64,000 bases of DNA from the NCBI GenBank assembly GCA_951804945.1, contig OX638153.1, forward strand, positions 30,442,001 through 30,506,000, in the 5' to 3' direction. Shown here piece by piece: positions 11,673 through 25,200 of this stretch. The stretch's first letter is position 1, and each line of letters opens with the position of its first letter. The translations under genes were made by a program, and so were the position numbers. This DNA is from Podarcis cretensis. Lineage: Eukaryota. Below the pieces are notes generated by a model. The model was not told the origin of the DNA. It was given only the letters and a program-made list of their open reading frames with translations, and did not search any database.

Positions 11673-13129
11673 GTGAGTCTTAAACCTCTTGCAATTACCT
11701 GACACACCTGCTTCTAAACCCTTTGCTATCCATGGCCCCTTTGTGGGGGAGGCGTGATATATTCATTATCTCAGGGTAATAATGACTCTGGGTCCATTTC
11801 TAGTTTGGCTGTGCAAAAGGCAAAGCATGAAGCAGCTACTATTAAAAAAATAAATAACTGATTTGATTGCTGAGAGCTTAATAGCAAGAGGCAGAGGAAA
11901 TCTCAATGACTAGATGCTTCTGTTGCATAAAACTGCAGGGATCTTTAATTAACTGAGGAAGAGAACTTACATGGAAACTCACTGAGCATAAATTAATGGT
12001 GGGATGTGAAAAAGAAACTGATCTGTTTGGAGGATTGCCTGTACTATAGGCCCTATAGCACCAGGTTTTCAGCTGAAACAGGAGTAATGGGTGTGTGTGG
12101 CAGGGAAGGATTGCTTCTAAAACAGATTACTTTCTTACAGCTTTCCCAGAGTTGGAAAAGGGTGTAAATAACTGCAAAGATTAAACAGTTATACATTTTT
12201 GGCCTAAGGATGAGCATTGTTCTCTTGGGACAACATAGCAATGTCAACACCATAAAGGTGGAACATGTTTCAATTTAATGCTAACCACTGCTAAATGTTC
12301 TCTTGTCACATCACCTCCCAAAGAAGTGTCTGCAACCTGTAATTTAAAGATTGGGGGAGTACACTCTGCTGCTTTCCTGTAGTTAAGAAACAACACTGCA
12401 AGAATATATTCCCACACTCACTGACCAAAGAAGTGTTGTCCTCTATAATGCATACAAGTGCATGTCAGTCTGTGTGCATTTCCAGTAACATGCATAAAAA
12501 CTAATAATTCCAAAGGCATTATTCCATGCACCTGGATGTGTTGTAGATGTGAGAAAATGTTTTTGTTTGACATACCTCAAACTTGAATCTCAAATATTGA
12601 CAGAATGAGCTTCCCCCTAGTTAAGGAGAAAAACAATGAAACTTTTTCCAATGTACAAAAAAAGGCATAAAATAAATGCAACAATTGGCACCCTCATTCC
12701 TGGTTCAGTCAAGATACACTCAAGCTTCTGCCTATGGTCTGCCTCATAGGTTGATTCCAAATGATCTATGTTGTAATACATCAAATGCACGCCAATTAGA
12801 AGTCAAAACATGAACATTTCAAGTAAATAACCAAATGATAAAGACCAGAGCATTTGAAAATGTACTCTACAAAGGCCACCAAGACCAGGAACTTCTCAAA
12901 TCAGCAAGTTAATTAGCAAACATAAATAGAATGATCAAAAACTTCACTCCATCGCCTGTGATGTTGCCCCAAATGATGGGGCATCTGACATCCAAGTGGT
13001 CATGCAAGACTTGATTGTATTTTTGCGGAAACACAGCACAACACTTCTGGAAAGAGTGTTGATAGGTGAAAATTTCTAGTGGGTGTTGGTCATATAATCT
13101 TGCATGCAGCTATATTTCATGGTGGCTAA

Positions 13130-13520
13130 AGCTGCACAATATTGGAAGTATTGTTTAGTTCTGGGTATCAGTTGTTGTTTTTAAAAGTCTTGAGAAATGG
13201 GAGAAAATTTACAGAATAGCTACATGAATTACAAAAGGTCTAGAAGATCAAGTCATATGAAGACAGACTGAGAGACCTGTGCATGTTTAGCCTCCACTAG
13301 AGAAATGCATTGACAAATTTCAAATATCTGAAAGTCATTATTAGAAAGAAGATGTCAAACCAAGTGAAAATTTCCACATTCTTCACAAGAAATGCAAGAA
13401 ACAACAAATTTAAAATGGAGGGCAGTGAATTTAAATAGAACGTTAGGGGAAATGTGTTAAGTAAAAGAGCAAATTGACAAGACAATAAATCCATGAAAGC
13501 TGCAGTGTCTTTTATGGAAT
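13130..13520 (+). mobile_element. Decayed CR1 LINE ORF2 C-terminal fragment
   Basis: Remnant reading such as 'KGLEDQVI..EDRLRDLCMFSL' resembles the CR1 motif 'KGLE..SYEERLKELG.FSL'; many lesions. Confidence 0.6.
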
Positions 13521-14708
13521 GTTAAGTATACCATTGTAGAAGTAGTTTTCTTGTTTTCAGTTTATGAAGTCTGTGTCTTCTGGATTTTATTTTATCTTAT
13601 TGTACACCACTTCAGCAGCTTTTGGCTATGAGTTGACTTCTGAGTCTGCAAAACAAATACATATATCCTTGGGAATATCAAGGAAAAACTGTTGAGAATG
13701 GTGTTGGCATTCAGGTTCTTTTTAACATACCATCAACTGAAGAGTAGTCTGCAGTTCAGCTCTAGTATTCAGGTTAATATTTTGTTTATAATTGGTCAAA
13801 TGCTCGTGCTTCAGTGGTGTGTTGGGTGGTAACAACAGATTACCTTGCCAAAGGGATGCTTTTATTCTGGTTATTGTGGCATTGGCTAAGATGGGGGTGA
13901 ACTTGCATTAAGTGACGCCATCAGAACTGATCTTCCAAACAGTAAATCTTTCTTGATTGCGGTGGGTCTAAGGAACCTTGCCAAATCTCTTGCTCCTTCC
14001 CCATTGCTGACTTTTGAGCTTAAATCTAGCCCAGCCTAGCTAACTCTATGAGCTTACTGCTAACGCATACCATTTGTTTTGCCATTCTTGAACTTAAGCT
14101 GGGTTCCTAGCTTCAGCTGCAGCAGCTCCTGCCGCCTTCTTAGGCTTCTTTAGGGTCTTTGGACAAAGAGTTAATCATGATGCAAAACAATCCCTGTTCC
14201 GTACCACTTCAGACTGCAGATGAGCAATTGCATGGCTGAATGTGCCCTCTGTCCCACACGTATAAAATTCCTAAACATAAAAAGTAGCATCTTATTGATA
14301 AGACTGGGCTGGAACACATCTCCCAGGCATACTAGTTTTCTAGGTATGTAGATTTTAAAAAAGAGAAATATATACATTCTTTCATGCGAACCCTTATGGT
14401 ACGTTTCAGGAACAGTTTTTCACCATATGATGCACTCCCCTATCCAGAGACGGGGATTCTTTAAAGTGGTTTAAATGGGAGGGAGTCTGAAGCAAATGTT
14501 GCCATCCACTGTGCTTGTGCGTGAGCATTAAACAAAGCATGTTTCAATGTTTGTCACATGGGGATTTTTGTGTGTGTGCTTCTGTGTGTGCATCTATGTT
14601 GTTTGGGGGCTTAGTGTGCCTTAACACTGACTTCTGTGTTTGTGTCTCTCTTTCTCTCTTCCTTCACCCTCTTGCATGTGGCTGCGACTGGTGTAAATGG
14701 TGGCCCAG

Positions 14709-14735
14709 GGACTAAAGGGGCAACCTGGAGAGAAG
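14709..14735 (+). CDS. COL13A1: COL13A1 exon, GLKGQPGEK (COL1, probable cassette)
   Basis: gcccag|GGA...AAG|gtgagt; 27 bp; three perfect Gly-X-Y triplets. Confidence 0.88.
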
Positions 14736-17433
14736 GTGAGTCAGCTCTTTCCAGCTCATCACTTCATTACCGTGTCCTAAAAAAACCCTATGTCCCCTGG
14801 AAACACCTCCCTAACCAAGGTATTTTGCCCTGACAACACGTTTGCCATGTGGTTGGTTGGAAATTAGTCCACGTTATCCCTCTCTAACTTCCACCCCGCT
14901 CTTCCTGGACTAGAAGAAAGGAAGAAATCCCATCCTCTACGTGAGCCAAAGGCCCAGTTTAGAAGTACAAACTTTACAGAAATTAATATATGCAAATAAG
15001 AAATAGCAGGGCGGGTTTTTTCCCCTGGCACTCTGTGGAAAGAGCCCACACATGTTCCAAGACAGCAGGGGGAAAAAATTGTTTACTACAATTTATACTA
15101 ACATTGTGAAGGCTGGCTAGGCAAGCTCAACATTTGCAGCTGGACCTTTCTGGTATTTTCTGGAACCATTTTCTGTTTTGTTCCTGACAGCTGTGATTGG
15201 TGCGTTCAGGAAAGATACACGTGGAAATGTGGTTAACTGCACCAGCTGTGTCCTAGGCGGCCAGATGCGTTGTGTTGGGCCAGGTCCACCATTTCCTGAT
15301 TGCAGCCTTCTATTATCTAAAGGGAAAGCCTCATAAAAAATAATTGAGGAAAGCAGGTGCGAGGGGACCCTCAAACGTTTACTTTAATCTGTGGTGCTGT
15401 TTTCGTTTGCTCCTATCCAGAAAAGCATTACATCAGTTCTTTTTATGTTTGGGCAGAGGTAAGTGGTAGCCCAGAACAGATTGCAATGGAAATATCATAT
15501 TTTTATTTGCTTTGCCCCAGACAGAACTAGGGCTTTTTCAAATGCCAAATGTATGTTGTGTGTGTGCCAGTAAGCAGCACTATCATTTCAGATGTTGCAG
15601 CACCTCAGAAGAAAAAAAGGGGGGGAGGATGTTTGCTGCAGATTCTCTGTCCTTCCCAAGGAAGTACCACAAAAAAGTTGACTGTTTAGAAATCCTGTTA
15701 GCCTGACATGAAGAAGAAAAGATACTGCATGATATATTCTGGAGCAGAAGCTCAAAGCAGCTTGCAGACATAGGCCTTGGTTTCCTTTAGGTCATCCAAG
15801 ACAATTAGTATAAAAACCTTCATCAGGTTTGACATTAAATATTTGGGCATGTTTAGGTAAAACAAGTGTAACCTGAAGCATAATGCTGTAGTGTACCCTC
15901 ACCTGCTAACAGAAGGGTTCTTTCCAGCACTCCAGCCCTCCTCTAGCATATTGGAAGTTGTCAGGGACTCAAGCAGGCCAGTTCTTTGTCCTCTCCTCCC
16001 CACCCACTCTCCATTTTCTATTTCCCTTTTCCAACTGGACTCAACATTCTGTGACTCCTGGATGCCACTGAGCATGCTCTGTCCTCATTGGGCCGTTGTT
16101 TTGCATACCTCAGGATTCATCCAAGCATGCTCTCTTGTTTCTCAGAAGTCCTGTTTTGGCTATAATCCTCTTGGCACTCCACCACCCGAGCTTATTATTA
16201 GAGGGAACCCACCACTCCAAGCTGCTGGTGTGACACTTGTCCCTTTTTATCTGTCTAAGTATTCAGCTCTTCTTACGTCCTATTCCTCTTGTCCACTAGT
16301 GCAGTGAATGGCTGGCTGTCCATAATTTGCCAAATTAAGATGTGGGAACTCTATATGGGCTGCATATCCTGTCCATCCTATGTGATTATAGAGACCCTTT
16401 ACTTATGGGTACATAGGTTCATTGCACTACAGTCACTTCAAAACCCCCATCATTTGTTCATTCCCTGTTATTAAATAAGCAGCAAAAATGCAACAATTCA
16501 CATTCCCCTGAGCCTTTAAGGTGTTGAGGACAGAGAGGTTTAGAGGGGAGAGAATTGGAGATTTATAGTGCTTTTGTAATGGTTATCTATTCATTTACAA
16601 ATTGTACATTTGTAAACATCCCAGGGACACTGGAATAAGCGTACAGTCAATCCCAGATTCATAGCACCATCAGTGCTGTGGAATCTTCAACAGCATCCTT
16701 GTCTCCAGAAATTTTGTTACTATCTAGGTCTCCCACTTAAACAAAAACCAAACTGATTTTCCATCCCCAATGACATAGACAGTTGTGAATCATATTCCAA
16801 ATATTTAGAACAGCGCTTCGTAGAACTTTGCCAAAAACAAAAAACCCAACCAGCTTATTTTTGACCTTCACTGAGGGAAATAAAGACAATATGAAGCCAT
16901 TCTGAAAGAATATGGGATGAGAAAGAAATTCTCTCAACATTTTGAGGTGGGGCTACTGCTTACCTGTCTTGACCTTACAAGGTGGCTAAAGGGATTTTGT
17001 GGGGGTAGCTCTAACTTCACAAATAAGGTCGGTGCTCCACACAGTGGCATGATGCTCCCATGGTGTTCCAGGAAGTGTGTGGATGGTATGAAGCTGGGGA
17101 AAGAGCCTTGTCCCATTGTGTGCAGTGCGAGGTTTTTTTTTAAAAAAAGTTGAGGCAAGAAAAAACCCCTGAAAAACCCATGGCAACCTCAAATAGTTAA
17201 GGAAGGTAAACATAAATAGCACCTCCTCTACCCAAAATGTTGGAAAATAGCAGTTAGTGGCCACTAGGGATGAAGGGTGGAAATTTGTTTCAGTTTGCAT
17301 TTGAAAGCAAGCCTACTTAATTCACACTTCCTGAAACAACTTGAGAACCTAAACACATCCATCCTTCAAAATTAACACTTCTCTAAATTTTGTGGTGCAG
17401 TTCTCTAGCCAAGTTAGGTGTACATAGAAGTGT

Positions 17434-17714
17434 AAAAGGTAAAGGGACCCCTGACCATTAGGTCCAGTCGTGACCGACTCTGGAGTTGCGGCGCTCATCT
17501 TGCTTTATTGGCCAAGGGAGCCGGCGTACAGCTCCCGGGTCATGTGGCCACCATGACTAAGCAGCTTCTGGCGAACCAGAGCAGCGCATGGAAATGCCAT
17601 TTACCTTCCTGCCAGAGCGGTACCTATTTATCTACTTGCACTTTGACGTGCTTTCGAACTGCTAGGTTGGCAGGAGCAGGGACCGAGCAACGGGAGCTCA
17701 CCCCATCATGGGGA
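17434..17714 (-). mobile_element. Sauria SINE, 5'-truncated
   Basis: Reverse complement of the (ACCTTT) tail (aaaggtaaaggg), body gggtcatgtggcca.catgact and gctttcgaactgctaggttggcagg. Confidence 0.85.
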
Positions 17715-18226
17715 TAAAGATAGTGATAACTAGAAGTGAGACAACTCTGGCACAAGAGAGTCAGAATCTCTACATAGTGAGATTATACTTTCCATCCTCA
17801 AGGAGCCGCAAATGATGCTTTGATCTTATTTCAGAATAGGTTCAAAATGGCTCCCCGTCTTGTTTGGAAAAAGCCAAGGGACCTGCTGTTTTAACTGGAA
17901 GAAACCTGCTTTTGATCATTTTTTTTTCTCAAGAGTGTGCAGATGTATTGTTCCTTTTAATCTCTTTTGTAAACTTTCCTTTTTCCTCCTCGTTATTTCC
18001 TTGGCCATGCTTTCCTTTCAGCCCTCAGTTGTTGTTCATTTGAATCTTTAACTTTAAATATTCGCTTTGGCTTTGTCACTTACATTTGTGTATTTTTCTC
18101 CCACTCTCAAATACTTCCCTTCCTTCTTTTTCTTCAACAGCCAACTCTAAGCCATTTCCCAGTCTTGTTTTGGTTTTGATTTTCACGTCCATGTTCTCCC
18201 TCTCCTCCTCCTCCCATCCCTTGCAG

Positions 18227-18277
18227 GGAGCCCCAGGAGAAGCCGGCATATCCATCATCGGTCCCCGTGGCCCACCA
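18227..18277 (+). CDS. COL13A1: COL13A1 exon, GAPGEAGISIIGPRGPP (COL1)
   Basis: long pyrimidine tract, ttgcag|GGA...CCA|gtaagt; 51 bp; recalled human GSPGDAGLSIIGPRGPP. Confidence 0.95.
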
Positions 18278-21200
18278 GTAAGTTGCCTTCTCTGTTTTTT
18301 TTCTTCTACTTTAATTTTTAAAGGGTATGGATGAGTTGCCCAAAAAATACAGGGAGTGGGAAAATGCCACTAGTCAGCTCAAAGGGCCTGTAACACTAAA
18401 TGATGTGGTTTACATCCCTGGCCAGATTTGTTTTTATATTGAAATTACAGACTATATATATTGGTTAGAAAGTACATCAGTCTCAGCACAAAAGCTCAAA
18501 CTGGCCGTACCAGTGGCTTCCTCTCCTGTGTTTAAAAGTAATGGAAATATTTTCCGGTCTAAAGGGAAAAGCCAGTAACAGAAAGCATATTACACACCCT
18601 TGTATTTTTAGCAAAAAAATAAAAATAGTATTGCCTTCAGATAATACCAGCTGGTCACTGATTTCTGGTGCAATGTGCTAGAAAGAAATTTGACGTCATT
18701 TCCCAGAAAATGTGTGGTGACCCAGATACCCCTCTCTTCTTCACCAACCCAAGGTGAACCATATTGGTAGTGTTCAACACTGTAAGAAATGAATTGGTGG
18801 TGCTTCAAGATTTTATTTATGGTAAACTTCTAAGAGGTTTTGTTGGGTTTCTTCTCAGGCAAAACATCTGTGGAATTCAGAGAGGTGTGGAAAGTTTGTT
18901 GATAAGACCAGCAGAATTTCTTAGGGAGGTCTTGCCACAAAACTACTGTCCACTTTAGTGAAAACAGAATGGGATGTCTTGTTAGTTGACTACAAGAGAG
19001 AGAGAGGCATGCACTGGTAGAGGTTGCCAGGCCTAACCGCTGTCACTTTCAGTTAAATAATGTCAGCTAGGGTGGAAGAGATTTGTGACTGAGGCCTTGA
19101 AGAGTCACTGTCAATCAGATTAGGCAATCCTGTGACAGATGGCCTGTCTCAGTACAAGGCAGCTTCATGTATTTTATGTCTAAAAGTTAGTATCTTTGGG
19201 AGATTGCATTATTTATGCTTGGGCTTGCAGATGCAGGTAAAACCAGGAGACAAACTGGGGGGTGGGGGGGGGAGGAGGATCGCTGAGGTGCTTATTTGTT
19301 TTATGTTGCATTTTTATGTGTTTCAGCCCATTTTATTTTCTGACTGAAAACATAAAGTTGCCAAGTTTCTCTCTTTTTACTGCCTACTAGTCTATAGTGT
19401 TCATATGTTGCCATAATACTCAGTGGCCACAATCTAGCACAGAGTTAGGTATGCTCAGGCTACTAAAACCAATGGTTTAAGTGCATTTATCTCTGTGTTG
19501 GACTGTGACCTGTGATTTTTCTCCATTGCATAACTAAGCTGAAAACTGCTCCACACGCTAACAGAATGTTATATGCCCTTTTCACATTGCCGCTCTGGAT
19601 ACAAACATTACACGGAAGAGGAAGCAGGATTGCACTTCATGACCCCACCCCTGAGCCTCAAAGTGTGTCCCACAGCAGAATACAGATTCCACATTCAGAA
19701 CATAAAGTGTTCAGCATGTGTGTACATAGTCCATACGCAAGGCCAGGGAAACGTATGAAAGGCAGGGCCAGGGCTAGTGAGCATGAATCTCCTCCTCATG
19801 TTGATTTTATACAGAATGGCTGTGACTCGGCTTTTTATGATTCAACAGTATTCTTCTGCAAACAGTAATGAATATCATAAGCACAATGTGTGAAAGGGGA
19901 TGGATTCTTTCCCCCAGTTTTGCATTAATGAGCAGCCCACATTGTGCTGCAGCTTTGGCCGGAGAAGGCAAATTACAACTTTGAATTATGAGTGATGGTG
20001 CAACCTGCATCTGTATAATTATAGAGTAGGTTCAGTACTGATTCATCCTGTCCCTTAGTATACTTTCTTTTGGGAGTAAAATAATTTTGCTGCCAGGATT
20101 TGCATTTCAAGGATAAGAGAGGCAGGAAAGAAAAATGCAGACAGAGAAGTGTTGGGAGCTGAAAGTTTTAAGAAGGCTAAAGTGATATAAAAGAGGCAAT
20201 TGCACAGCAGAACGTTGTCTTTGTGCATGATGAATCTAGCAATTTCAGCTTCTAACCAGGAAATGAAATCATACTGTCCGCAACACCCTCTCACTGATAA
20301 CTTGGCAATTTGCCCACAAGACTCCTGCAACCTGCCTTTTCCAACCCATCTTTGAGGGCCAGTTTTACAAAAATGAAAAGGCATGTTGATTTTGCCTTGA
20401 GACTCCTCACTGGAGAGCATTTACCTAAGCTTTATTAGAGTGAAACTACTTGAGAGGAAATAATTTCAGGACTGTGGCTTTAATAAGGCACGTATTATGC
20501 TTGAAGTGAACTGTTGCCTGCCATAATCATCAGTACAGGGGAAAATGCTTTTTCTCCATCTCCTTCTCCAAATCAATTGCAAAGATGATTTAGTTTTATG
20601 GTGACCTCGTGATAAGCGCTAAGGAGCACCTTGATAGCAAAGAAACGCAGGAGTACTCTGGAATAACAGCATGCTTTAGACAGATGTGAGATGACAAATA
20701 GTTTCCAGACTGTCTTTTGGAGGCGAGATGATGTGAGCAGTTGCACATCCAGAGCTTTTCAGCTGCTTAACATTACTTGGGTTTGCTGGCTTGAGCAAAG
20801 CATCGTGCTGAGCATGGCAGAAACAGACGCGTTCCACGACTTGGCAGTTCCCAGAGTTCTATTCTTGAGAACTTGATACAAACAACATTTGAGAAAGAGA
20901 AAGCTCCATGCTTCTTGAAATCTCTAGTGCTTGAACTTTTGCTCTGGCCTTTTATTGTCTCCAGCCTAAAGAGTCGAAAGGAGCAGCGTAGCAGTTTACA
21001 AGGAAGGTATCAGAGGCCAAGTTGCACCCTTTCCGGCTTTCTTCTAACTATTCTTTGCTCAGCCCTTTCTTGTCCATCAACATTCAGAGACAATCTACAT
21101 GCAGAGATTTATTAGTGAGATCCTCTCCTTTCTTGTTGTTTCGGAAAGCTACGGAGTGGACAGGCCATGGAATTTATAGCAGATCATCTCCCCTTGGTCC

Positions 21201-21731
21201 TTAGCCAGTGGCTCCAGGTGGTTTTATATATTCTGCCAAAGCCAATATGACCAAATGCAACATCACAAAGCTTAATAATTTCTAAGCAAGTCTACTTCAG
21301 TCACACCAGCATTTTAAAAAAGCGCTGTTTGGAGCAATTTAAGGCACTTTAAAGCCACAGTAATTCTCCAAGGAATTTCTAAGACGATTTTGGTCTTCAT
21401 TCTCTGGCTTGTGAAAGCCCTTTTGTAATATGAAAGCGGGGTGTATGTCAAAAAGCAATGGTTTTCAAAGCATGCACTTGGTAATTCTAGGGTTCCATGG
21501 AAGCTTATTAAAGATTCTTTGATGAAACATTCAGTAAGGGCAGGCAAACTTCTCCAAAAAACAGCTTGCCCACTAATACCAGGAATGTTCCCAGGTACAG
21601 GGTGGGTGGATGTATTCTAGGTTTTGTTAAAGTGGGGAAAACAATAGGATCCAATGAGTGCCGCACATGAACTGAATGACAATTCTACAAAATGCACTGG
21701 AATTAAATAGAAGGATCTGCTAATTTCAGTT

Positions 21732-21859
21732 ACAGATAGGTAGCCGTGTTGGTCTGCCATAGTCAAAACAAAATATAAAAATTCCTTCCAGTAGCACCTT
21801 AAAGACCAACTAAGTTAGTTCTTGGTATGAGCTTTCGTGTGCATGCACACTTCTTCAGA
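21732..21859 (-). mobile_element. Solo Penelope-like element terminal repeat
   Basis: gtagccgtgttggtctg...gcaccttaaagaccaac...gctttcgtg...cacttcttcaga, as in reptile PLE repeats; flanked by an 11-bp direct repeat TAATTTCAGTT (21721-21731, 21860-21870). Confidence 0.8.
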
Positions 21860-21861
21860 TA
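21826..21861 (-). ncRNA. Minimal type-I hammerhead ribozyme motif
   Basis: Minus strand reads UAU-CUGAAGA-A-GUGUGCAUGCACAC-GAAA-GC-UC^AUA: CUGANGA box, palindromic stem II, GAAA, palindromic AGCU stem III and NUH site. Confidence 0.7.
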
Positions 21862-21871
21862 ATTTCAGTTC

Positions 21872-21962
21872 TTTCTAATTTCTAATTTCAGAAATTTCTA
21901 ATTTCAGAAATTTCTAATTTCAGAAATTTCTAATTCTAATTCAGTTCTTGCTAATTTCAGTT
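21872..21962. repeat. 16-bp tandem repeat (TCTAATTTCAGAAATT) with degenerate copies
   Basis: direct reading; built from the target-site sequence next to the PLE insertion. Confidence 0.85.
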
Positions 21963-22173
21963 CTTTCTGTTTCTCATTTTTTTCATTCTTAAATTCAGTT
22001 CTCCATATTTCTGCAGCAATTTGTGAATTGAAAAAATAAAATCCCTGTGAAAATTCTTCAGTATTTTAGTGGGAATTTCTGCCAATAGACACACTTCTGT
22101 ATGCAGTTTGACTAATGTGCATATTTTACAAGCAGTTTCCCCTAACATAATGCACTTTTGGTTGTTCTCACTA

Positions 22174-22200
22174 CACACACACACACACACACACACACAC
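22174..22200. repeat. (AC)n microsatellite
   Basis: direct reading. Confidence 0.95.
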
Positions 22201-25200
22201 TTTCCCCTAATATAATGTATCTTTTGTACACATTGATTGGACTTGCAAAGTTCAGTTAAGTATGAATTTTGAAAGATGACAGTATTTCAATTCTCATCCG
22301 GTTTGGAAAATGTGAAACTGAAGGATTTGCCTATACATGTGAACTGGACTGAATCCCCCCTCCCCCACAATCCTTACTTGGAACGTTCCACTAACGAGCA
22401 GAGGTTCCATGGTAGACAAGCAAATGTCTCAAGAGAAAAAGTTTGTAAACAATTGCCTTACAGAGTAACTGTGAAACCCTAGGGCTACTTTTACTTCTAA
22501 AATGACTATAATACAGCAGCAGATTTGCTACAGTTTATTGTGTATAATAGGGTTTCAGACTTTCACTGGCAACAACAAAAAGGCTTCCCCACTTTCTAAA
22601 TTAGGCTATTAGAAATTAGGCTATTTTTGCACAGGTTATCCTAGTGTATAACCTATGTAGTAAGTAATTATATCTAGCATATGAGCTACTGCTTGCCGTC
22701 TGCCTCCTGCTGCTGCTACTATTTTGCACCTGGGTTTGGTTGGTAGAGCTTGCAATTCTATTGCAAACGCAATTAGATCCTGCAGACCTGGTCTACCTGT
22801 GCCTGTCTTAGATTGTGCTAAGTATTAAATGGAAAGAGGTTGATTGAGATTTTCAGCACCTTTATCTGGACTCTTCTCAATCTTAAATCTGCTATAAGAG
22901 TTTATAATCGTTTCCCCATTTTGTTTTGTTTTGTTCAGCAATTGAGGTAAATGTAAGCAATTGCTTATATAAACAATTTACACACATGAGTAAACTTGTA
23001 ACTAAGCACTGAATGTTTCTTTGGATCAGATTGTAGAACAATAGCATGTAACTATTCTTTGTCTATTAGACAAAGAAGGGTGTCTCCATTTCCCTAAGTA
23101 TTAGGAAGTCCCAGGGGAAGTTTTAGAGGGTCAGTTTCCTTGTGGAAGAGAAAAAACTGGAGACTTGCAGTGTTTATAATAGATGTATGTGCTATATAGA
23201 GAGTGAGAAGATAGGATGTTATTTTTTATTTGTTCGGTTACATCCGTGTCCTGCCTTCTTAGTGTGGGCTTACAAACTTAGTGATTTACAACATAATGGA
23301 CCTAAACAATGGTTTAGTGTTTGGTGTGCTGTACATGAATTTGGGCTTACATTTTCCCTCCCCTGTTCCTCCTATGGTTAGTTCAAACAAACCAGGTACA
23401 AACCAGGGTTTGTGATATGGCTGATTAACAAACCATAGTTTAAAATTATTAGTTCTAATTAGTTTAAAAGTGAAAGCAGATGCCTGCAATATCCTCATGG
23501 CTATTATGGGGGGGGGGGGGGAGTCTGCAAGCCTGATGCTTGTGCATGTAATGCCAAACCATGCTTTAGTGTTGCATGCAAACATAGCCATAAAACCACA
23601 CCACAATTTTTTTAAAACCCACAAACCCACAATATCAATTAAAACAAAAAAGCAGTAAGCCAGCACATGAAACAGCTGTTCATGGCACACATACTCGTGC
23701 AGTGGCTTGTATAAGCCACTGGAAATCAAGTTCCAGACTATGCACACCCAAAGTATGAACCATTTTGTATTATTGAAGAGTATGCTTATAACAATATGAG
23801 CAAGTCCAGTGAAAAAAACACCTATATCATGTACATTACCTTCTCTCTTTCCTTCTCTCTATTTTTCAACACATGTGTCAGAAACATTTTAGCCAGTCAT
23901 GAGTTGCGGCATGTCTCCAAGCACTGATGTTTATCAGAAATTCGAAATCCAATAGATACTTGCAAATTTGTCAGATCAGACAAGTAAAAATAGGCAGCAT
24001 TGTTTCCAGGCACCCTTAGCAAGTAAACCTTAAAATTAGCTACGCAGTAAAATTAGCTACACAAACTAGGTACAGTTGAAATACACGGAACAACCAGAAA
24101 GGGACTTCTGGGAACAGGCACAGGATGTACACATTTGTTGCTCCATCTTCTGTTGGCATTGCATACCACCCTTGCTTAGGACTGTTCTGGCAACCATATT
24201 TGCTTCAACATTTTCCTTATGGGTAAAATGAATGAGGAGATATGAAAGCCAGACAACTGGGCTTGAGTGATCAAGACCACCATCATCTTTGAGGCTCAGT
24301 ATACATCTCACAGCTGATTGACCACCATTAAATGCCTCATTTTATGGCACTGTGATGCGGTTATATAAAGTATTCCTATAAAGTGATCCCAGGCACTGCA
24401 AACTGCACCAAAAGGACTGGTGAGCAAGCTTGAATTTATAACACACATGTAATTGATTCAGAAACTTCAGACAAACTGTCTGGAATTCAAAACGAACCCT
24501 TCTGTAATGCTGCTGGGCCTCTTTATTTCCCATCATTCATGTGAAACCAGCCTGAGTGGCTATAGCTGAAGAACAATTGAAGGGAAATTGGAAATTACAT
24601 AGTCTCTTCCACAGAACTGCTTTCCTTTTAATTTCCTCAACACCGGTTATTTGTGTTATATCCTCCAGCAGTTATAATTGTATCTGTTTGGGAGTAGAAT
24701 AACAGGTTCCTTGAGATAACCTTGCACAGGTTTCTCTTACCACCTCTCCTTCTAGTAGTGAGTTCAGGTGGTAAGCACTGACAGGACTGGAGCCAAAATG
24801 GACCCACCAAGAAGCAAGAAGGATTTGTCAGCCTTCTTATGGGAAGACCAAAGTTGGCAGAAGCTCGACAGTCTTTAAAAGCCAAAGTCAATTCTCAAGA
24901 ATTTAGTGAGGACTGAGCATGCTCAGCAGTTTGCTTTGTTTGATGGTTTACAATGATGTGGTGGAATCAGCATAGTATCGAATCCATGTGGTGAGGAGCT
25001 TCACATCAGCAGTTTGTCACATGGAGCGATCTTCATGTAGTTGGGATTCCAAGCGGTTGGCCATTGTACATCTGCTTATTTCCTTTGGGCCCAAGACCTT
25101 ATTTGCACATACTGTATCATCCTTCCTGGTGTGTTTGCTCCAGGTTCTGCAGTTCTTTCCACACTGATTCGGGAATAGGTTGCCCACATGGTTTGGCCTC

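Noticed and set aside
14095-14160. Minus-strand KKPKKAAGAAAAEA, histone H1-like
   Set aside because: About 20 low-complexity codons ending in a stop, with no globular domain or other retrocopy signs.
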